DNA of 64,000 nt, from contig JAFIEV010000042.1 in the NCBI GenBank assembly GCA_020832305.1, positions 140,607 to 204,606 of the forward strand. The letters are read 5' to 3'. This document shows positions 58,113 to 64,000 of the stretch, in pieces. Source of the DNA: Cyclobacteriaceae bacterium. Lineage in GTDB: Bacteria; Bacteroidota; Bacteroidia; Cytophagales; Cyclobacteriaceae. The notes below the pieces were generated by a model, which saw only the letters and a program-made list of their open reading frames with translations, did no database searches and was not told the DNA's origin. Position 1 is the stretch's first letter, and each line of letters opens with the position of its first letter. Position numbers and translations under genes: made by a program.

Positions 58113-59450
58113 TTGACCTCAAATTTCAAGAAACATTTCAAGCCAAATTTTTTACTGGCTTATCCTGTAATGTTGTCCCAATTGGGTCATGTAATGGTAG
58201 GGGTTGCCGATAGTATGATGGTGGGCCAACTCGGAAGAGAACCACTGGGTGCAGTATCTTTTGGCAACAGTATTTTTGTAGTGTTTATGGTTTTTGGCAT
58301 TGGCATATCTGCAGCCATAACCCCACTTACGGCTAAGGCAGACGGGCAGGGACGACCCGGTAAAATCATTCAATTGCTTAAAAACGGATTGTGGATGTGT
58401 ATTATTAGCGGTCTGCTGCTGTTTATACTATTGTATATCTGTACATTTTTTCTGGGAGTTTTTAACCAACCCACAGAAGTAGAACAATTGGCCATACCTT
58501 ATACCCGTATTGTAGGTGCTTCTTTGATACCCTTTATGGTTTTTCAGGCATTGCGACAATTCGCTGAAGGATTGTCACGTACGCGGGATGCTATGATGGT
58601 GGCCGTAGGTATGAACCTGTTAAATATCTTGCTGAACTATCTTTTAATCTTTGGCAATTGGGGTTTCCCTGCACTCGGATTAGAAGGTGCTGCACTGGCG
58701 ACGTTGATCAGCCGTATTATGATGGCATTGAGCATGGTCGTACTAATGTATTATAAAGCTCCCTACAAACATTACGCAAGGCGACTTTCCGATAAAAATT
58801 TAAGCAGAAACATGACCATTCGCTTAAGTAGCCTGGGCATACCTATTGGCATACAATACATTTTTGAAGTTTCTGCCTTTAGTCTGGCTGCCATTATGGC
58901 CGGTTGGCTGGGAACAGTGCAACTGGCTGCTCATCAAATCGCGATCAACCTGGCCTCAGTGACCTACATGATGGCCAGTGGCATCTCAGCGGCATCTACC
59001 ATCAGGGTAGGGAATCAATTGGGTAAAAAAGATTACAATACCATGCGTGAAGCCGCAATGACCAGTTTTACAATGGGTATTCTTTTTATGGGTTGTACAG
59101 CCTTGTTGTTTATTTTACTTCGCCACTGGTTCCCGGTATTGTACATAGATGATCTCAATGTACAGCAACTGGCCGCTTCTCTGCTGATTATTGCCGCGGT
59201 ATTTCAAATATCCGATGGAATTCAGGTGGTTGGACTGGGGGTATTACGTGGGATGGCCGATGTGAAAATCCCCACCATCATTACCATGATTGCCTATTGG
59301 TTTATGGGGTTACCCGTGGCATACCTTCTGGGCTTTACTTTTAACTTAGGTGCACATGGTATATGGATAGGCTTATTTATCGGTCTTACTACAGCTGCTG
59401 TCCTTCTTTATCTGCGATTTAAAAGAATTTCAGGGCAGTATGGCAGCTAA
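58113..59450 (+). CDS. MATE family efflux transporter
   Basis: 445-aa, 12-TM protein with the N-terminus LAYPVMLSQLGHVMVGVADSMMVGQLG and a duplicated six-TM organisation. The start is a TTG in the track and is uncertain. Confidence 0.85.
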   Translation: MTSNFKKHFKPNFLLAYPVMLSQLGHVMVGVADSMMVGQLGREPLGAVSFGNSIFVVFMVFGIGISAAITPLTAKADGQGRPGKIIQLLKNGLWMCIISGLLLFILLYICTFFLGVFNQPTEVEQLAIPYTRIVGASLIPFMVFQALRQFAEGLSRTRDAMMVAVGMNLLNILLNYLLIFGNWGFPALGLEGAALATLISRIMMALSMVVLMYYKAPYKHYARRLSDKNLSRNMTIRLSSLGIPIGIQYIFEVSAFSLAAIMAGWLGTVQLAAHQIAINLASVTYMMASGISAASTIRVGNQLGKKDYNTMREAAMTSFTMGILFMGCTALLFILLRHWFPVLYIDDLNVQQLAASLLIIAAVFQISDGIQVVGLGVLRGMADVKIPTIITMIAYWFMGLPVAYLLGFTFNLGAHGIWIGLFIGLTTAAVLLYLRFKRISGQYGS

Positions 59451-60021
59451 ACAAAACTGCATATTAAATGCCCTCTATTTCTGGTTATAAATCGCGCAGT
59501 CAGGTAGTTTTTGAACTCATTGAATTATTTACTATTAATACAAACACTACCAGGGTGTACAAACTTACAAACGCCACTGCGTCGTCATTGCCGGTTGATC
59601 TCTCCAGGATCCAGATGTTTTGCTTTCCTTGTCCTTTAAAACCTGTTAAATAAACCATACACCGCTTTTGGATTACACCGATTCAAGGCATTACAATCAA
59701 ACCCGGTCTCATGCTTAAACATTTCTGATCTTGAGCTTAAAAAACAATGGCAAGCATTTACACCATAATATAGAATTTTAAAATCAACAATCTTTTTTAC
59801 GTGTTTTACTCTTAACGATTTTCAAACTGATGCTCATAACATAACTCGGGCTATTAATATTCATGTCGCAATAAGCCACTTCGACGTCGGGATGTTACCC
59901 CTTATTTAACTGTTTAAAGCTTTGATACAATGCAAATAAAAACTCAGGGTTGAATTGTCTTGTAAGTCAATTGAATCAAAGCCGTTTACATCATTTTCCA
60001 GTCATGTATGCCATAATTTCA

Positions 60022-63000
60022 TTACAAAACAACGGCCTGCCTTCTATCGCGGCCAAGCGAAATTTTATAGTCGTCAGGATTGCCGCTGATTCTTAGGTTT
60101 AAGAATCGCACCCTGCGGTCCCTGTCCCTGGTTTCAATGGCATCTTCCTGTTCAGGATCGACTTCATCGCGGTTTTTTCCGCTAAACAAGGTGCGAAAAC
60201 CCACCTGTGTTACCATTTGCAAGGGTATCCTAACAAAATACTCCATATTCAAATCGAGCGACTGCTGTCCGGAAATCTCCATATAGCCCAGCGAAGAATT
60301 GATATTCATGTTAGGGATATTCAGTACCCCGTTTTTCAAGGTAAGTTTATTGCTTAAGGTATCAAAACGCACACGCCTGAGGTTTCTGTCCTGAAAAAAA
60401 GATGACATGGCCATAATGGGGGCAAAATTGATTAGTTCACCATTTCGTATGGTCAGGTCCATTTGCGCTTCTCCTTCATGAATGATAGGGGTAAAATCGG
60501 GATGTACCAGAATCATACTGGATATGGTACCGCTCACTTTACCTTGCATATTGTCGCTCAGCATAAAATCCTGCCCGAAATTATCCAGCTTAAACATCAG
60601 TTGATCGAGGGAAACATCCCTGGCATGAATATCGCTTTTAAAGTAAATTTTCTCAGGGTCTGATCCATTAAAGTATCCTTTCATCCCCATACGTCCGTCA
60701 GAAATTAACAATTGCATGGTGTCTATATGCAGAAAGTGGTCTTCTGTAATTCTGAGCTGTGTTTTAAAGCTGTCAAGAACAATTTGATGATACCGCATAT
60801 GATCGATGTTCGCAGAAACTTTCATATCGGTGAAGGGCACTTCAAATATATTAAAGGCTTCTTCATGTACCGTATCTTCATTGGGATTGTAATTCATTAA
60901 CTGGTCGAGATCTAACCAGGCAGAACTGAAATGCATCTGGTTCATGGCTTTCTTTTTATCCCTTTCAGCCCCGGTATAATATTTCATCTGTAAGGCAAAA
61001 TCGCTGTTTCCCATTTTTCCACTAAAATGTTCGATGTCAAGGAGAGAATCCTCGAAATGAACCCGTGCCATAAAATCTTCGAACTTCAAAGGGTGAATTT
61101 TCAATCGTCCTTTAAAGCGATCAAGCTTTAAGTCAAAGGATTTAAAGGAATTTTCATAATTCAGATCAATCTCGCCATGCAATTTAAGTTCTCTGATTTC
61201 TTCGTTGCGATAGTCTTCTGGCAGATAGTTTTCACCTTCATACGTAAGTAAGTCATGAAGTATAAGTTGCCTTGAATCCAGGTCAAATTCGAATTTAGTC
61301 TTTCCATTCTTCACATCATCAAACCACAAGGCATAATTTTTAAGCAAGCCGGAGAAGTGAAAATCTGATTCATCTATTTCTCCATAGAAATCCCTAACCA
61401 CGAGAGCGGTATCGCAAATGTGTATATCGGCCCTGAAATCGTGCAAAGCATGAGGATAGTTTTTAAACTTTATATCCAGGTCGCGGAGATAAAAATTGCC
61501 TTTAGGCAGATGGACAGCCTCCAGCAGATCCTGAACACTGGTTTCAAAATCAAACTGCAAATGAGTATCTTTTAAAACTTCCTGGCTTTTAGTGGCGAGA
61601 TCCTGATCGAAAGCCAGCAACTCTTGTATCACACAAAGATCAGATTTGATACGCATACCTGCTTTAATCTTCTGATTGTGCTTATGAAAGATCGCTGGCA
61701 AATCGCTCAGGTAACCTGATGCATGAAAATCAGAAGCGCCAAACCTGAACTTTATGGAATCGAGGCGGACTTCTCCGTTTTGCATCTGGGCACGGGCATT
61801 CATATTTCGAATGGCATGTGGGTGACCGGGAATTTCAAAACTTAAATTTTCAATAATCAACTCACTATCAACGCCTTCTTTAAGTTTTACAAGCTGATTT
61901 TCAGGAATCGTAAGGTCGATAAGTTCATTAAAATCCATATCGAGTATTACCCTGCCCCTCAATTGCTTCAGTCCTTCAAAGCCAAAAAAAGCACCGAGAA
62001 ATTCAAGATCGAGTTCTGAATGCAGATTCATGGAAATGTAGGGATCTTCGAAATTTTTTACAATGAAGTTACCCCTAAAAACACCCTCTTCAGGAACTGC
62101 CATAAAATCGAGCAGGTGAAATTCACTGCTTGCCAATGACCGTCCTTCTCCGTTGGTATAATAGCCCTTAAATGCCAGCGCATCTATACGCTTATCCACA
62201 TCAGGGTTTAGGAAAAATGCATTTTCACAACCAAATCTGAATTCAATCTGGGGTGTATGGCCAACTGCTGCCTTCCCCTGAATAGTTCCTTCAAAAAAGA
62301 TGTTTCCCCGGTTTCTGTAGCGACGAATATTTTCAGCTACCTCATTGGGGAAAAAAGCTATAAGTAAATTAAAGTCGGGCTTATCGCCTCTTAACCGAAT
62401 GTTTGTATCAAAATCGTCATTAAAATTCACGCTGCCAGTCGCACTGAACAGGGCATCTTCCAAACCTATCTTTCCTTTTTCAATCTTAAGTATCCCTGTG
62501 GCATTGTCGAAATCCAATAAACCATCTAAGATAAAATGCTTGTCCCTGAAAATAGAACTGTCATCTTTTTCTATTACATCCAGTACAAATTCGGCAAAAA
62601 AGTCTGTGAAAATATGTCCCTTTGTAATGCTAAAACCGGTTTTTACCTTGCCAATATTGGCCTTTATGGTCTGTCCGCTGCTTTCATCCAGTTTTTGAAT
62701 CCTGAATTGCTCTACTACTACCTGCCGTAAACTCAGACTAAAATCATCATTTTCAGCTTCTGATGCTTTCTCTGCTGCATCTGCAAATCCTTTAGCCAGT
62801 AAAATATTGAGTTCACCCTCTGCATTTTGAACCAGATTCAGCTCTCCATTACTGATGCGAATGCTTCGGATTTCATAATTTCCTCTGAGAATTTCGAGTA
62901 TACTGAATCCAACATAAATATCTTCAGCTGCATAAATAGGCTGTCCTAAATCTTCCTTACTTTCATAAAACCGAACATTTTGAAGATCTATAGAAATATA

Positions 63001-63210
63001 CGGAAAGCTTTTAAAGGGACTAATCCTGCTGTTTTCTATCTTAAGCTGACCGCTAAAACCACTGTTTAGGTGACTTACCAACTTTTGCACCAACCGGTCT
63101 TGCTGATGATGTAAAATTGCCAATGTTGAAACAAGCAAAATAACCAAAGCCCCGATGGTAACAGCTACTATTTTGATTCCCTTCTTTAATACAATCATAA
63201 AACAAAACAC
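60022..63210 (-). CDS. AsmA-like large envelope protein (N-terminal TM anchor, long beta-rich body)
   Basis: 1,062-aa ORF with a single N-terminal TM (IKIVAVTIGALVILLVSTLAIL). Its repetitive beta-strand-rich body and conserved C-terminal region are shared with the neighbouring paralog. The family assignment comes from architecture, not from a search. Confidence 0.6.
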   Translation of the reverse strand: MFCFMIVLKKGIKIVAVTIGALVILLVSTLAILHHQQDRLVQKLVSHLNSGFSGQLKIENSRISPFKSFPYISIDLQNVRFYESKEDLGQPIYAAEDIYVGFSILEILRGNYEIRSIRISNGELNLVQNAEGELNILLAKGFADAAEKASEAENDDFSLSLRQVVVEQFRIQKLDESSGQTIKANIGKVKTGFSITKGHIFTDFFAEFVLDVIEKDDSSIFRDKHFILDGLLDFDNATGILKIEKGKIGLEDALFSATGSVNFNDDFDTNIRLRGDKPDFNLLIAFFPNEVAENIRRYRNRGNIFFEGTIQGKAAVGHTPQIEFRFGCENAFFLNPDVDKRIDALAFKGYYTNGEGRSLASSEFHLLDFMAVPEEGVFRGNFIVKNFEDPYISMNLHSELDLEFLGAFFGFEGLKQLRGRVILDMDFNELIDLTIPENQLVKLKEGVDSELIIENLSFEIPGHPHAIRNMNARAQMQNGEVRLDSIKFRFGASDFHASGYLSDLPAIFHKHNQKIKAGMRIKSDLCVIQELLAFDQDLATKSQEVLKDTHLQFDFETSVQDLLEAVHLPKGNFYLRDLDIKFKNYPHALHDFRADIHICDTALVVRDFYGEIDESDFHFSGLLKNYALWFDDVKNGKTKFEFDLDSRQLILHDLLTYEGENYLPEDYRNEEIRELKLHGEIDLNYENSFKSFDLKLDRFKGRLKIHPLKFEDFMARVHFEDSLLDIEHFSGKMGNSDFALQMKYYTGAERDKKKAMNQMHFSSAWLDLDQLMNYNPNEDTVHEEAFNIFEVPFTDMKVSANIDHMRYHQIVLDSFKTQLRITEDHFLHIDTMQLLISDGRMGMKGYFNGSDPEKIYFKSDIHARDVSLDQLMFKLDNFGQDFMLSDNMQGKVSGTISSMILVHPDFTPIIHEGEAQMDLTIRNGELINFAPIMAMSSFFQDRNLRRVRFDTLSNKLTLKNGVLNIPNMNINSSLGYMEISGQQSLDLNMEYFVRIPLQMVTQVGFRTLFSGKNRDEVDPEQEDAIETRDRDRRVRFLNLRISGNPDDYKISLGRDRRQAVVL

Positions 63211-63239
63211 CTCATTTTTTCACCTGTAAACCTGTAATC

Positions 63240-63247
63240 CAAAATTA
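63240..63247 (-). promoter_or_regulatory. Candidate -7 promoter box (TAATTTTG) for the downstream AsmA-like gene
   Basis: The plus strand reads CAAAATTA, so the minus strand reads TAATTTTG. It lies 30 nt upstream of ATG 63210, in the 110-bp spacer between the paralogs. Confidence 0.35.
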
Positions 63248-63320
63248 ATTTGCTTTTATGTAACCTTGCAACAAAAAAAGCCTGTAAAAGATACATGAGT
63301 AAGTGCATACCTTTGACTTA

Positions 63321-64000
63321 TCAATCCCTACCCCTACCCATGTTTACCCTGTATTGGTCAGGCCTGCCACTCACGGTCAGGTTGATAAACCTCACTCTTC
63401 GGTTTTGATCTCTGAATTGGATAGCGTCTTCCTGATCAGGATCAACTTCAGAACGGTTTCTGCCTCCAAAAAGTGTTCTAAAACCCACCTGACTTACAAG
63501 TTGCAGTGGAATTCTTATCATGTAATTCATATCCAAATCCAATGATTGGCGACCGGATATCTCAATAAATCCCAGAGAAGAATTTATGGTCATAGCAGGG
63601 ATGTGCAGTATTCCATTGCTCAGATTTAGTTGGTTTTGCAGCGTATCGAAACGTACCCTTCGCAGGTTTCTGTCTTTAAACAAATCGGATAGCGCCATTA
63701 CCGGTGCAAAATCCACCAAAACCCCTTCTTTTATCATTATATCCATACTTACTTCCCCTTTGTCAATTTTGGGTGTGAGATCAGGGTGTACTTCCATCGC
63801 CATAGAAATACGGCCACTTATCTTGCCTTGCAGATTGTCTTTTATTACAATATCCTTACCGTTTTGATCTATTTTAAACATCAAGGCCTCCAGATCAAGC
63901 TCATTTACATTGATTTCACTTCTAAAATAAATACTATCTTTTTTAGATCCGTTGAGATGACCATTCATACCCAGGGTACCCCTGTCAAACTGAATATGCA
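63321..64000 (-). CDS. AsmA-like large envelope protein, paralog; C-terminal part only (continues beyond the window)
   Basis: The frame stays open upstream of the track's Met (…HIQFDRGTLGMNGHLNG). The roughly 225 C-terminal residues align colinearly with the C-terminus of the 60022-63210 protein, for example FAPVMALSDLFKDRNLRRVRFDTL against FAPIMAMSSFFQDRNLRRVRFDTL. Confidence 0.65.
   Translation of the reverse strand, partial: HIQFDRGTLGMNGHLNGSKKDSIYFRSEINVNELDLEALMFKIDQNGKDIVIKDNLQGKISGRISMAMEVHPDLTPKIDKGEVSMDIMIKEGVLVDFAPVMALSDLFKDRNLRRVRFDTLQNQLNLSNGILHIPAMTINSSLGFIEISGRQSLDLDMNYMIRIPLQLVSQVGFRTLFGGRNRSEVDPDQEDAIQFRDQNRRVRFINLTVSGRPDQYRVNMGRGRD

Noticed and set aside
59468-59653. 61-aa ORF in the long convergent spacer.
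   Set aside because: It has no RBS-like or promoter context and no recognisable motif. It is retained only as part of the spacer observation.
1-64000. Search for mobile elements, defence systems, tRNA/rRNA genes and CRISPR arrays across the whole window.
   Set aside because: I found no transposase, integrase, recombinase, restriction-modification, toxin-antitoxin, Cas or phage-like ORFs. I also found no tRNA T-arm consensus (GGTTCGAATCC-type) and no long direct or inverted terminal repeats. The window reads as core chromosome with metabolic and surface accessory operons.

Overview
The window looks like a chromosomal segment of a roughly 40% GC Bacteroidota genome. Supporting signs are a T9SS C-terminal sorting domain, a Bacteroidetes-type V-ATPase operon containing DUF2764, TAnnTTTG -7 boxes and a YfhO protein. 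I support 46 CDSs, two of them cut by the window edges. From left to right: (1) a translationally chained surface-glycan operon, YfhO / GT4 / unassigned 470-aa protein / pseB / pseC / pseF; (2) hydrolases, a rhomboid protease and a REC-Hpt phosphorelay protein; (3) a five-gene acid-sugar operon (DHDPS-like lyase, SSS symporter, Fe-ADH, PdxA2-type dehydrogenase, DUF1537 kinase); (4) sdhA-sdhB with no cytochrome b anchor gene; (5) a secreted esterase, RhaT and a fucose/arabinose-isomerase-family gene; (6) a solitary 3,267-aa T9SS cargo protein; (7) a Tat-exported PaoABC-like molybdenum hydroxylase followed by a coupled 75-aa Cys-rich ORF; (8) lipid and envelope genes (SGNH hydrolase, lgt, lipid kinase, clpS, SSS symporter, front-end-type desaturase); (9) a seven-gene V-type ATPase operon whose c-subunit carries a Na+-site signature; (10) a universal stress protein, a lipoprotein, a Tat-signal aldo/keto reductase, an M48 protease and a MATE transporter; (11) two tandem AsmA-like paralogs. 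I found no tRNA or rRNA genes, CRISPR arrays, transposases, integrases or recognisable defence genes. Nothing here is clearly a new system. The best leads are the giant modular T9SS protein, the Pse-YfhO glycan module, the non-canonical DUF1537/PdxA2 operon, the anchor-less sdhAB and the small Cys-rich ORF. All functional calls rest on recognising motifs in the translations, and no database search was possible.
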